Source of the DNA: Bacillota bacterium
GTDB taxonomy: Bacteria; Bacillota; Clostridia; Christensenellales; CAG-138
Assembly (NCBI GenBank): GCA_023409435.1
Contig: JAEYHP010000156.1
Location: 2,959-66,958, forward strand
Direction: 5' to 3'
Length of the DNA: 64,000 nucleotides
Below, piece by piece: positions 46,314-55,701 of the stretch. The notes below the pieces were generated by a model, which worked only from the letters and a program-made list of their open reading frames with translations, was not told the DNA's origin and ran no database searches. Position 1 is the first letter of the stretch. Each line of letters starts with the position of its first letter. Position numbers and translations under genes: made by a program.

Positions 46314-46457
46314 GCTTAACCTCGCTGTTACAATATAAGGAAGCGCCGCCGCAAAAGCGGCAGCAGCATGAATTATATCATGCCGGAAGCGATGTTGTCT
46401 TGCCTCCGTTTTTCGGTTTCCGCTTCATTCGCAACAATTATCACGCGAAAGTCCAAC

Positions 46458-46478
46458 AAAAAACGAGCCGCGGCTCGT
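46458..46478 (-). terminator. Terminator after the gntR-family gene
   Basis: On the minus strand, the hairpin ACGAGCC-GC-GGCTCGT is followed by UUUUUU (A-run at 46458-46463 on the plus strand). Confidence 0.6.
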
Positions 46479-46502
46479 CTTTCATTTTTGTCGCTTATCG
46501 TG

Positions 46503-47279
46503 CTAGTCTGCCCTTTTCCTGTTGATCTCGATATGGCAGCACTCCTTTTGCACATAGTGCTTGTTGCACACGGCGGGTGCGGGATCGCCATCTACGTAAA
46601 TATCCTCCCGGATCAGCATGACCTCCTTGTTGGGGGACATGACGTATTTGCCGGAGATGAAGTTTCCGACCGACGTGGAAGAGACCAAAAGCCTTGTGCG
46701 CTCCGCCTGCTGGTATATGCCGGTTTCAAGCGTCTGCAGCAGCGTGTTGACCTGGTTGAGCTTGATTTCAAGCCTGGGCAGCGCTTCCACGGGGATCAGC
46801 GCCAGAGAATACGCCACAATGTTCCCCTTGCTCCTGTACCAGCGGTCCACCGCGATCATGACGGCGGAGTCCCGTTGGAACAGCTCAATGTTCTGCTCAT
46901 TGGGCACTTCAATGCGGAACTCCATCTCCACATCGTCTATCTCAAGCTCGCAGCACTGATACACGGGATGCCCCAGCGCATCCAAATTCTTATGCGCCCT
47001 TGTCCCCTGTCGAATCACATAATTACCCTTGCCCTGGTGCTTGCGGATCAATCCATCCTCGCGCAGCAGTTCAAGCGCCTGCCGCAGCGTCATGCGGCTT
47101 ACGCCGAGCATAGCGGCAAGCTTGGGCTCGGAAGGCAGCCACGTATCTCCCGGGAACGTTCCATCCAGCAACAGCTTTAACAGCTGCTCGTATACGCGGA
47201 CAAATGTAAGCGATTTTTCCTGTGCCAGCTGACGCAAATCCGCAGCGGGAGTATTCTTATCATTGTTTGTTTGCATCAT
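46503..47279 (-). CDS. GntR-family (HutC/UTRA subfamily) transcriptional regulator
   Basis: I trimmed the track ORF to the ATG at 47277-47279 (MMQTNND...). The HTH region is LPSEPKLAAMLGVSRMTLRQALELLREDGLI and the C-terminus is UTRA-like. Confidence 0.85.
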   Translation of the reverse strand: MMQTNNDKNTPAADLRQLAQEKSLTFVRVYEQLLKLLLDGTFPGDTWLPSEPKLAAMLGVSRMTLRQALELLREDGLIRKHQGKGNYVIRQGTRAHKNLDALGHPVYQCCELEIDDVEMEFRIEVPNEQNIELFQRDSAVMIAVDRWYRSKGNIVAYSLALIPVEALPRLEIKLNQVNTLLQTLETGIYQQAERTRLLVSSTSVGNFISGKYVMSPNKEVMLIREDIYVDGDPAPAVCNKHYVQKECCHIEINRKRAD

Positions 47280-47358
47280 GGACCCTCTTTGCATCGTTGG
47301 GGGTTTTTTCAATCGTATGCTGTTTTGGGTAAAATTGCAAGAGTACTGCTGAAGTTCG

Positions 47359-48138
47359 TTATCCATTCTGCAACTGCTCAAATCGATAGATTGTTTCAAG
47401 CACGATCTGGATTTCACGTTCCCATGCATCGTGCAGGCGATCGTTGCGCGTCGTATAGACAACTTCCGCATTGGTGAGGTTGCCGGATGTCCCGCAGATG
47501 CAGGCGGTGCGCACGCCGCGTAAATGGCCGATGGTGTAGAGCGCGGAAGCCTCCATCTCAATGTTCATGATCTTATATTTGCGCAGACGGTCCAGAAACT
47601 CAGGGGTTTCTCCATAGAACGCGTCATCGCTGGAGTTGACGCCGACATATACGTCGTATCCGGTATCTTTCGTCATTTCCTTCGCGGTTTGGATCAGGTG
47701 CCAGGTAAACTCATAATCCGGAACCGCGGGGAACGATTCGGGCACATAGAAGCGGGACGTACCCTCGTTCTTCATAGCCGCGGTGCTGACCATCAAGTCC
47801 CCGATGCGGATGCGCGAATCCAACGCCGCGGAGCTTCCGATACGGATGAGCGTCTTTGCGCCGATATTGATGAGCTCTTCCGCCGCGATAGCCGCGGACG
47901 GGCAGCCCATACCTGTGGACGTCACGCTGATCTTCACGCCTTTATAAAAGCCGGTGAATGTCCTGTGTTCCCGGTTGTTCGCTACAAATTTCGCATCGTC
48001 AAGGTAGGAGGCAACGATATCGCTGCGGGCGGGATCGCCCGGCAAAAGTACATAGTCGCCGATATCCCCCGGTGAAAGCGCAATATGGTACTGTTTTTGG
48101 CCCTTGGTTACTTCGTTTTTATTGAGTATACTCTCCAT
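47359..48138 (-). CDS. Uridine-phosphorylase-like nucleoside phosphorylase (PNP_UDP_1 family)
   Basis: 259-aa ORF collinear with E. coli Udp motifs (LLPGDPARSD, STGMGCPSAAIAAEEL, LIRIGSSAAL, NIEMEASAL). Confidence 0.85.
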   Translation of the reverse strand: MESILNKNEVTKGQKQYHIALSPGDIGDYVLLPGDPARSDIVASYLDDAKFVANNREHRTFTGFYKGVKISVTSTGMGCPSAAIAAEELINIGAKTLIRIGSSAALDSRIRIGDLMVSTAAMKNEGTSRFYVPESFPAVPDYEFTWHLIQTAKEMTKDTGYDVYVGVNSSDDAFYGETPEFLDRLRKYKIMNIEMEASALYTIGHLRGVRTACICGTSGNLTNAEVVYTTRNDRLHDAWEREIQIVLETIYRFEQLQNG

Positions 48139-48158
48139 GGTTCCTGTCTCCTTTTCTC

Positions 48159-49493
48159 TTACAGCCTAGAGTGGCTGACTAAATATTCTGAAGCCTGCTG
48201 CGCGTTACGCCGCACGGCGTCACAATCCATTGTCAAAATTTCTCTGTTGCGCATCACCCACCGCCCGTCCACGGCCATATCCGAAACATCCGCGCCATAG
48301 GCCGAATACGCGATTGTCGCGTACAGGTTTTTGATACTCCCCCGGTGCAACGGGCAGAGCCTTGGGCTGCTCTGATCCAGCGCAATGAAGTCCGCGCGCT
48401 TATTGACCTCCAGGCTTCCGATCTTATCCTCCATATACAGCGCTTTCGCGCCTTCAATGGTGGTTAGGCGTACCATTTCCCTTGCCCCGAACATCGTCGG
48501 GTCTGCGTTCGTCTGCTTTTGCAAAAGTGCTCCGGTGCGAAGGTCCCGCAGGAGATCCATGCTGTTGTTGCTCTGCGCGCCGTCCGTACCGATGGAAACC
48601 TGTATATCCCGGTCAACAAGCGCTTTGTAGGGCATGATGCCTGAAACGAGCTTGAGATTGCTCACAGGATTGTAGCTGACATGAACGTTGTACTTTGCGT
48701 ACAGCTCCATATCCCTCTCGCCCAAGTGGATGCTGTGCGCGGCAAGCACGCGCTGGTTGAGTACGCCCAGCTGTTCAAGCCATTGGGTAGGCGTCAGGCC
48801 CGTCTTTTTTTGTATCTGCACGTTCTCGTCGAGTGTTTCGGAAATATGCGTGTGGAGGAGCACACCGTACTTTTCGCAGACTGCCGCGACCTTTTGAAAC
48901 AGCTCCCCACTTACGCTGTAGGGCGCGTGCGGGCCCATGCAGGGATATACACGCGTTTCCTCTTCGCGGCCATGCCACTTTTCCATAAATTCCGCCGCCG
49001 CGCGGAACGTGTCATCCGTCTGCGCGCATGGGTTTGTAAATACCGTGGCGCCCAATACGGCGCGGATGCCGCTGCCGCTTGCGACGTTTGCAATGTCATC
49101 CGCAAAATAAAACTGGTCCGCATAGGTCGTAATGCCGCATGAGATATACTCCATGCAGGAAAGCGCCGTCGCGGCGCACGCGCGCTCGGCATTCAGGTGG
49201 GCTTCCATCGGCCACATGGCAAGGTTGAGCCAGTCCATCAGCCGAAGATCGTCCGCCTGGTTTTTAAACAGGGAAGAATGCGAGTGGGTATGGGTATTGA
49301 TCAACCCCGGCATCACAAGCTTCCCCTGCATATCCACAACCGCGCCTTCCGGCGCAATGTCCTGCGCCGCCCCAAGCTTTGCTATCCGATTGTCTTTGAC
49401 GACCATGCTGCCGTTTTCGTAAAAGCTGTCCTGCCCGTCCACCGTAAGCAGCGTACAGTTGGTGATGGTATAGGTCCGGTTGTTTTCCGCCAT
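48159..49493 (-). CDS. Amidohydrolase-superfamily deaminase (MtaD/TRZ-ATZ-like; nucleoside or nucleobase deaminase)
   Basis: I trimmed the track ORF to the ATG at 49491-49493, which follows a GGGAGGG RBS. It has MPGLINTHTHSHSSLF (HxH metal motif) and ADDLRLMDWL. Confidence 0.8.
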   Translation of the reverse strand: MAENNRTYTITNCTLLTVDGQDSFYENGSMVVKDNRIAKLGAAQDIAPEGAVVDMQGKLVMPGLINTHTHSHSSLFKNQADDLRLMDWLNLAMWPMEAHLNAERACAATALSCMEYISCGITTYADQFYFADDIANVASGSGIRAVLGATVFTNPCAQTDDTFRAAAEFMEKWHGREEETRVYPCMGPHAPYSVSGELFQKVAAVCEKYGVLLHTHISETLDENVQIQKKTGLTPTQWLEQLGVLNQRVLAAHSIHLGERDMELYAKYNVHVSYNPVSNLKLVSGIMPYKALVDRDIQVSIGTDGAQSNNSMDLLRDLRTGALLQKQTNADPTMFGAREMVRLTTIEGAKALYMEDKIGSLEVNKRADFIALDQSSPRLCPLHRGSIKNLYATIAYSAYGADVSDMAVDGRWVMRNREILTMDCDAVRRNAQQASEYLVSHSRL

Positions 49494-49506
49494 AACGCCC
49501 TCCCGT

Positions 49507-50424
49507 TTAATCAATCATCTCGCCCGGAGCTTCGGGAGCTTTCGTTTTGCGGCCCACGCCGACGAGCACAAGCAGCGTAAGCGCATAAGGCACCATCTGT
49601 ACAAACTGGTCGGGTATGGGCAGGCTCAGGTTGATGCGAATCGCCTGGGCAAGCGCAAACAGCAGGCTTGCGAGGAACGAGCCAAGCGGGTTCCATCCCC
49701 CGAATATATTGGCCGCAAGCGCCATAAACCCGCGCCCGGCAACCATGTTGTTCACGAATACGTTGTTCTGCACAATGGAAAGGTAAGCGCCGGCCATGCC
49801 GCAGAGCATCCCGCAAATGACAACGGCAAAATACCGATATTTCCTGACATTGATGCCCACGGTGGCGGCCGCCTGGGGATGGTCGCCGATTGCCCTGAGC
49901 CTGAGCCCCGGCTTGGTTTTATAGAGCACGGACCATGCGGCAAATACAATGAGCAGCATCAGGAACAAAAACGGAGACTGTTCATGAAACAGCTCGCCCA
50001 CGACGGGGATTTCCTTCAAAAGCGGAATGCTCATGTTGGGGAGCTGCTTCACCGTGCCGCTGATGCCGTCCGTCTGCCAAACCACACGGGCAAGCACCAC
50101 GGTAAGCCCCTGCGCCAGGATATTGATGCCCACGCCGCTGACCGTCTGATTGGTTTTGAAACGGATGCTCAATACCGCATGTAAAAGTCCTGTCAGGCCG
50201 CCGCAGAATATGGAGAAAAGAACGCCAAACCACGGGCTGCCGGAAATATGCGTGCCAAACACCGCGCCAAACGCGCCGATCAGCATCATGCCCTCCACGC
50301 CCAGGTTGATAATGCCGCTGCGTTCACAAATGGTCGCCCCCACAGCCGCAAGCGCAAGGGGGATGGCAAAGCGCAGCGTGGTGAGCACAATGTTGAATGT
50401 AAAAAGGTTTCCTAAGTTATCCAT
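49507..50424 (-). CDS. ABC permease of a BMP/nucleoside-type importer
   Basis: I trimmed the track ORF to the ATG at 50422-50424 (MDNLGNLFTFNIVLTTLRFAIPLAL). The protein is polytopic. Confidence 0.85.
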   Translation of the reverse strand: MDNLGNLFTFNIVLTTLRFAIPLALAAVGATICERSGIINLGVEGMMLIGAFGAVFGTHISGSPWFGVLFSIFCGGLTGLLHAVLSIRFKTNQTVSGVGINILAQGLTVVLARVVWQTDGISGTVKQLPNMSIPLLKEIPVVGELFHEQSPFLFLMLLIVFAAWSVLYKTKPGLRLRAIGDHPQAAATVGINVRKYRYFAVVICGMLCGMAGAYLSIVQNNVFVNNMVAGRGFMALAANIFGGWNPLGSFLASLLFALAQAIRINLSLPIPDQFVQMVPYALTLLVLVGVGRKTKAPEAPGEMID

Positions 50425-51487
50425 ACGCTTTCTCTCCTTTGCGGGACACGATCTGTCTGACAATCTCGGGCGTAGCCACAAACAGGATGACAAGCCCCTG
50501 TATGACCATGACCATGTTGGTGGAAACGCTCGCCACATAACTCATCTTCATGGAGCCCGCTTCCAACGCGCCAAACAGGATGGATGTCAGGATAATGCCA
50601 AAAGGATTGTTCTGCCCCAACACAGCCACCGCGATCCCGGTAAACCCGAACCCGGGCGAGAAACCGTCGATAAAGCGGCCATACTTGCCCAATACCTCCG
50701 TCACCCCGGCCATACCGGCAAGCGCGCCGCTTGCCGCCATGACGCCGATGGTCGTAAGCGGAATATTGATGCCCGAAGGCCTCGCGGCATGCGGATTTTC
50801 CCCGATTGCGCGGATATTGAACCCGACACGGGTGGAATGGAACAGGAAGTAAAGAAGCACCGCCGCCCCCAAGCCCAAATAAAGAGCCGTCGTCAGTTGG
50901 GACCTGGGAATGATTTTTGAAAACAGGTAGACGTCGGCAATCGCCTCCGTCTGCGCCGTCATGCTCCCTTCCGCCTTCATGGGGTTGTTTACAACATAGG
51001 AAGTAAACAGCGAGACGATGTAGTTGAGCATGATGGCAACGATAACTTCGTTGATCTTAAGCTTGGCCTTGATAAACCCGATGACGGAGCCGACAAGCCC
51101 GCCCGCCACCATGCCGGCAAGGATGGCGGCACAGAGCACAAGGATGCGGGGAAGGCCATTTAGCGCGAGCGCCACGGCTGCACTGGCCAGCGCGCCAAGA
51201 TATAGCTGCCCTTCCCCGCCTATGTTGAAGATTCCCGCCTTGTTCGCAACCGCAAAGGCAAAGCCTGTAAACATCAGCGGGATACTTTTACTCAGTGTGT
51301 TCGCAATGGCGTTTGCCGAGCCAAACGCGCCGTTGAGCATGGCTGAAAACGCCTTAACGGGGTCATACCCCGCAGCAAGCATGACCACGGTAGCCACGAC
51401 AAGAGAAAGCAGGATTGCCGCAACCGAATAGATCAACTGGATCACAACTGGGTGCAGACGGCCTTTATTCCTTTCAGGCATGGGCAT
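50417..51487 (-). CDS. ABC permease of a BMP/nucleoside-type importer
   Basis: 356-aa polytopic ORF that overlaps both neighbours. Confidence 0.85.
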   Translation of the reverse strand: MPMPERNKGRLHPVVIQLIYSVAAILLSLVVATVVMLAAGYDPVKAFSAMLNGAFGSANAIANTLSKSIPLMFTGFAFAVANKAGIFNIGGEGQLYLGALASAAVALALNGLPRILVLCAAILAGMVAGGLVGSVIGFIKAKLKINEVIVAIMLNYIVSLFTSYVVNNPMKAEGSMTAQTEAIADVYLFSKIIPRSQLTTALYLGLGAAVLLYFLFHSTRVGFNIRAIGENPHAARPSGINIPLTTIGVMAASGALAGMAGVTEVLGKYGRFIDGFSPGFGFTGIAVAVLGQNNPFGIILTSILFGALEAGSMKMSYVASVSTNMVMVIQGLVILFVATPEIVRQIVSRKGEKAYG

Positions 51488-52988
51488 TCCCCTCCTTCCT
51501 TCCGGCCATCAGCAGGCTGATGGTTTGTGTATCGTATTCCTCCGCTTTCCTTACATCCATCAGTTCGCCCTTGTAGAGCACGCCGATGGTATCGCTCAGC
51601 TGGAAAATATCCGAAAGCTCCGCGGAAATCAGGAGTATGGCGGCGCCTTCGCTGCGAAGGCGCAGGAGCACGCTGTGAATATACTTAATCGCGCCGATGT
51701 CGAGCCCGCGCACCGGCTGACAGGCAAGGACAAACGGAGGCGCTTTTCCCACCTCGCGCGCAAGCACAAACTTCTGCTGGTTGCCGCCCGAAAGCGAGCC
51801 GGCGCTTTGCTGCGCATCCACCGCGCGCACGTCAAATTCCTTCATCATGCGTTCCGTGCACGCTTTGAGATGCTGTTTCCGGATGAGCCCCCGCCGTATA
51901 TACTGATCCCCGTATTGGTTGCCAAGCAGGTAGTTTTCCTGCAGAGAGAATCCTGACAAAATCGCCTGCTTCAACCGGTCGGAAGGAATATAGCCAAAAT
52001 TCAGATCCCGCCGCGCCTTAGGCGGCTTGTTCATCAGATCCATTTCCTGGTACAAAAGCTTTCCCGTCTTGCTGCGGCAAAGCCCCATGACGATCTCCTC
52101 CAGCTGCTGCTGGCCGTTGCCCTCCACACCTGCTATTCCGAATATTTCCCCCGCCTTTACCTCAAAGGAAACGGTGGACTGAGCATTGGGCAGTAACCTT
52201 ACATCCTGCACGCGCAGTACGGTATCACCCGCCTGAACCGCAGGTTTTTCCACCTCAAACGTCACGTCATAGCCCACCATCTGCCTGGCAAGCTCATTCG
52301 GGCAGGTTTGTGCCGTATCGAGCAGCGCAACGGATTTTCCCGCGCGCAGTATGGTGATGCGGTCCGCCACTTCCATGGTTTCCTTGAGCTTGTGGGTAAT
52401 GAATATAATTGTCTTGCCCTGTATCCGCATGTCCTTCAGGATAGAAAGGAGCTGCTCCGCCTCGATGGGGGTGAGCACCGCGGTCGGTTCATCCAGTATG
52501 ATGATCTCGGCGCCCCGGTAGAGAGTCTTTAATATTTCCACGCGCTGCTTCATGCCGACGGAAAGGCCGCATAAGAGCGCGTCCAGGTCTACGTCAAAAT
52601 GGTACTGGTCCGAAAGTTTTTGAACCGTCTGCCGCGCCGCTTTTTTGTCTATCACGATCCGGCCCGGCTCGCTGCCCAATATGATATTCTCCAGGCAGCT
52701 TAAATTGTTGATGAGCATAAAGTGCTGATGTACCATGCCGATGCCAAGCTGAAAAGCCATACGCGGATTCATTTGGCATATAGGCTTGCCGTTAATCTCC
52801 ACCGAACCCTCCTCGGGCCGGTATAAGCCGAAGAGGACCTTCATCAAGGTGGACTTTCCCGCCCCGTTTTCGCCCAGCAAGCAATGGATTTCGCCTTTTT
52901 TGACTTCAAAATCGATATGATCGTTCGCGGTCATATTGCCAAAGCGTTTGGTAATGCCGCGCATGTTTACTGCCAGCAAAAGGCCCAC
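51474..52988 (-). CDS. Tandem-domain ABC ATPase of a BMP/nucleoside-type importer
   Basis: 504-aa ORF with two NBDs (GENGAGKST...ILDEPTA and LSGGNQQKF). The track start is a GTG at 52988. An alternative ATG lies at 52964, so the start is uncertain. Confidence 0.88.
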   Translation of the reverse strand: MGLLLAVNMRGITKRFGNMTANDHIDFEVKKGEIHCLLGENGAGKSTLMKVLFGLYRPEEGSVEINGKPICQMNPRMAFQLGIGMVHQHFMLINNLSCLENIILGSEPGRIVIDKKAARQTVQKLSDQYHFDVDLDALLCGLSVGMKQRVEILKTLYRGAEIIILDEPTAVLTPIEAEQLLSILKDMRIQGKTIIFITHKLKETMEVADRITILRAGKSVALLDTAQTCPNELARQMVGYDVTFEVEKPAVQAGDTVLRVQDVRLLPNAQSTVSFEVKAGEIFGIAGVEGNGQQQLEEIVMGLCRSKTGKLLYQEMDLMNKPPKARRDLNFGYIPSDRLKQAILSGFSLQENYLLGNQYGDQYIRRGLIRKQHLKACTERMMKEFDVRAVDAQQSAGSLSGGNQQKFVLAREVGKAPPFVLACQPVRGLDIGAIKYIHSVLLRLRSEGAAILLISAELSDIFQLSDTIGVLYKGELMDVRKAEEYDTQTISLLMAGRKEGNAHA

Positions 52989-53073
52989 CTCGTTTCATTT
53001 GGTAAGGAATGAACGCGTGTTGTAAAAGAGCCCGTACCCGTGGGAGATGCAGGGCAACAAAAAACAAGTAAGG

Positions 53074-53103
53074 GCCGGTCGGCGCTATGCAGCGCCGACC
53101 GGC
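53074..53103 (-). other. 12-bp GC hairpin between the substrate-binding-protein and ATPase genes
   Basis: The hairpin is GCCGGTCGGCGC-tatgca-GCGCCGACCGGC. Confidence 0.55.
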
Positions 53104-53114
53104 AGGGATTATAT

Positions 53115-54248
53115 TTAGCCGATCGGGTTTGCTAAGACAAACGCGTCTACTTCTTCAAGCGTGGTGGGAATGATGAGGCTGCCATCCTTCACCTTTTCCT
53201 TTAAGGATTCGATGATTGCCACATCTTCGTCGCTGACCTTGATGTTGCTGCCTTCGAGCGTATAGCCTACGCCGTCATCCTTCAGGCCAAGTATGGTGGT
53301 CGTGCCCACAGCGAGATTGCCGTCTACACACGCCGCCTTTACAATTTCAAACGCCGCGGTATCCACGCGCTTCAACATGCTGGCTACGATATGGTCCGGA
53401 TCCAATACGTTCTGGTTGGAGTTGACGCCGATGGCCATAAAGTTCTTTTCCTTTGCCGCCTGGAACACGCCAAGGCCGGAACCGCCCGCAGCATGGTAGA
53501 TGACGTCTGCGCCCTTATCGAACTGGCTGAGCGCAATTTCTTTAGCGGTTGTGATGTCGCTGAACGGGTTGTTGCCGCTTACATAGTCGGTAAATACGCT
53601 GATCTGAGGATTCACCAGCTTTGCGCCAGCCTGATAGCCTGCGTTGAACTTGACAAGAAGGGGAATTTCCATTGCGGCAATAAAGCCAAGCTGATTGTTG
53701 TCCGCAACGCCGTAAGCCGCGGCATTCTTCTTCATCAGGCCCGCAAGAGCGCCCACAAGAAAAGAGCCTTCTTCTTCTTTACAGGTGTAGTTCGCAATGT
53801 TGTCACCCGTTACTTCGCCATCAATCAGGGCAAACTGCTGGTCAGGGAATTCGGGGGCGACTTTGGTGAGGGGATCTACCTGGTCAAAACCGACGCAGAC
53901 GATTACGCCATATTCGCCGGAGCTGGCCATGTCGCGCATGATGAGCTCAAACTCGGAAATCTGCTTGGGTTCTGCATAGTCAAAGGCAACGCCGAGGTCA
54001 CTTTCGGCCTTCTTCATGCCGGCATATACCAGATCGTTGTAGGATTGGTCGCCCAGACCGCCGACGCCAAGGATGACTGCCGCCTTCGTTGCGCTTGTCT
54101 GCTCAGGCTGCACCGCTTGCTCGGTCTGCTCAGGGGCAGGAGCGGATCCCGCAGGGGTTTCCGATGGGGCGGCGCCGGGGGCAGCGCAGGAGACCGCCAT
54201 ACCGCATACAAGCAGCACAGCAAGCACCATAACCGTAAGCTTTTTCAT
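53115..54248 (-). CDS. BMP-family (PnrA/Med-like) nucleoside-binding lipoprotein
   Basis: I trimmed the track ORF to the ATG at 54246-54248. The N-terminus is MKKLTVMVLAVLLVCGMAVSC (lipobox), followed by a Pro/Ala/Glu tether and the BMP core (GVGGLGDQSYNDL). Confidence 0.88.
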   Translation of the reverse strand: MKKLTVMVLAVLLVCGMAVSCAAPGAAPSETPAGSAPAPEQTEQAVQPEQTSATKAAVILGVGGLGDQSYNDLVYAGMKKAESDLGVAFDYAEPKQISEFELIMRDMASSGEYGVIVCVGFDQVDPLTKVAPEFPDQQFALIDGEVTGDNIANYTCKEEEGSFLVGALAGLMKKNAAAYGVADNNQLGFIAAMEIPLLVKFNAGYQAGAKLVNPQISVFTDYVSGNNPFSDITTAKEIALSQFDKGADVIYHAAGGSGLGVFQAAKEKNFMAIGVNSNQNVLDPDHIVASMLKRVDTAAFEIVKAACVDGNLAVGTTTILGLKDDGVGYTLEGSNIKVSDEDVAIIESLKEKVKDGSLIIPTTLEEVDAFVLANPIG

Positions 54249-54346
54249 GTTCTTTCCTCCGTTCAACCTTTCAAATGTAATCCTGCCGCCAAAGCGCGAC
54301 AAAAGCAGCTTGGCCAATTCATTTTCGTACCACGCTGTACATTGTT

Positions 54347-54658
54347 TATACAAGTTACGCTTTGGAAGCAAGATTTGTCTAAATCATAGCACGCAAAAAA
54401 CAGACAGTCAATAGGGTTAATTTGAAATTATGTTCGCTCTAGGCCGAATATTAGCAGGCCTCCGTTTGCTTTTTCATTGATTGCTCTTATAGCCAACCGA
54501 GACACTTGTATAACCACCGGAACTTGTACCGGCCAAAACAGGCCGACTTTGCATGAATCGAGGCCCGGATGCTTGATCGGAGTGCCGTAGCAACTGATGG
54601 AAATATTCACAGGACTTATAAAGAAACAATAGCCACTTGTACAAAACAGCCTGTACAA
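54347..54658. promoter_or_regulatory. Cluster of ACTTGTA(Y) half-site motifs (candidate GntR-family operators) in the 480-nt leader/promoter region
   Basis: The copies are TATACAAGT (54347-54355, inverted), ACTTGTATA (54504-54512), ACTTGTACC (54522-54530) and ACTTGTACA (54635-54643, inside the palindrome TTGTACAA). CTGTACAA also occurs at 54651-54658 and CTGTAC at 54335-54340. Confidence 0.5.
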
Positions 54659-54728
54659 CAAAAGAACCCCACCGAATCCCGCTGACGGGCGTTCGCTGGG
54701 GCATTTCCCATTCATACTCTTTAATGCG

Positions 54729-55700
54729 CTATGCCAGCGTTCCGCCCAATGCGCCAAACAGCTCATCAAGCACGCCCTTTTCATCCACGTCCACGCAGGC
54801 TTGAACCATAGGCCCCGCGAAAGGACGGCAGCGTTCGTCTACCACAACTTTGCCGCGGCAGTATGCTCCGCCGCACTCCACATGCGCGCGGAAAGAACGT
54901 ATGGTAAACAGTTCAGGGCGCAGCGCGCAAATCACGGCGGAAGGATCGTGCAGCGGGGAACTGCCGTCGCAGCCCTCCACCCTTCGGTAGAAGTCCATAT
55001 AGTGCCGGGTGGCGGCCTCAATATATTCCCAAGACGAGCGCGCATCCGGTGCGGCGGCTGCAAGGGAAGCCTGTATTTGGCGTACCGTCAGGCGCGTCTT
55101 GGTTGTTACGTCAAGCCCAACGAATGTAAAGGGGATGCCGGAGCATATCGCGTATTCTGCCGCTTCCGGGTCGCCGAATATGTTGGCTTCCGCACAGCAG
55201 GTGATGTTGCCGGGCGTATAGATCGTGCCGCCCATCGATACAACGCGCGCAAGCTCCTCTTTCAGGGAGGGGTATTGCTCCAGTGCGCGCGCAAGCGTTG
55301 TGAGCCTGCCCAGGGTTACAAGCACGAGCTTTCCGCCCAGTTCCCGTGCGGTGTTCGAAAGAAAGCGTTCTGCGAATTCCGCAAGGGGCCGCTGCGCGGA
55401 AGCGGGCAGCGTTACCCCGCCGATGCCGTTCTCTCCATGCACGCTGACGGTGGGACCTTCCATCCATTCGCCGCCAAGCGGCTTGTCCGCACCCAAGACC
55501 ACGGGCACCTCATACCCGGGAGCAGCAAGCCGGATGATGCGCAGCGTATTTTCCGCAGCCTGCTCCGCCGTTGTGTTGCCAAAGCTGGCAATCACGCCAT
55601 GCACGCGGATCGCGGGATTTTTAAGCGCGTATAAAAGCGCAATGGAATCGTCAATGCCCGTATCGGCATCGATAACGATATGCAGAGGTTCCTTTGTCAT
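54729..55700 (-). CDS. Inosine-uridine-preferring-type nucleoside hydrolase (IUNH family)
   Basis: I trimmed the track ORF to the ATG at 55698-55700 (MTKEPLHIVIDADTGIDDSIALLYAL), which carries the DxDxxxDD Ca-binding fingerprint. Confidence 0.88.
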   Translation of the reverse strand: MTKEPLHIVIDADTGIDDSIALLYALKNPAIRVHGVIASFGNTTAEQAAENTLRIIRLAAPGYEVPVVLGADKPLGGEWMEGPTVSVHGENGIGGVTLPASAQRPLAEFAERFLSNTARELGGKLVLVTLGRLTTLARALEQYPSLKEELARVVSMGGTIYTPGNITCCAEANIFGDPEAAEYAICSGIPFTFVGLDVTTKTRLTVRQIQASLAAAAPDARSSWEYIEAATRHYMDFYRRVEGCDGSSPLHDPSAVICALRPELFTIRSFRAHVECGGAYCRGKVVVDERCRPFAGPMVQACVDVDEKGVLDELFGALGGTLA

Positions 55701-55701
55701 T

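Noticed and set aside
54428-54784. 118-aa minus-strand ORF inside the long leader upstream of the BMP importer.
   Set aside because: It has no RBS, an odd Cys/Ser/Leu-rich composition and no recognisable similarity. It overlaps the 3' end of the nucleoside hydrolase gene. I treat the region as regulatory.
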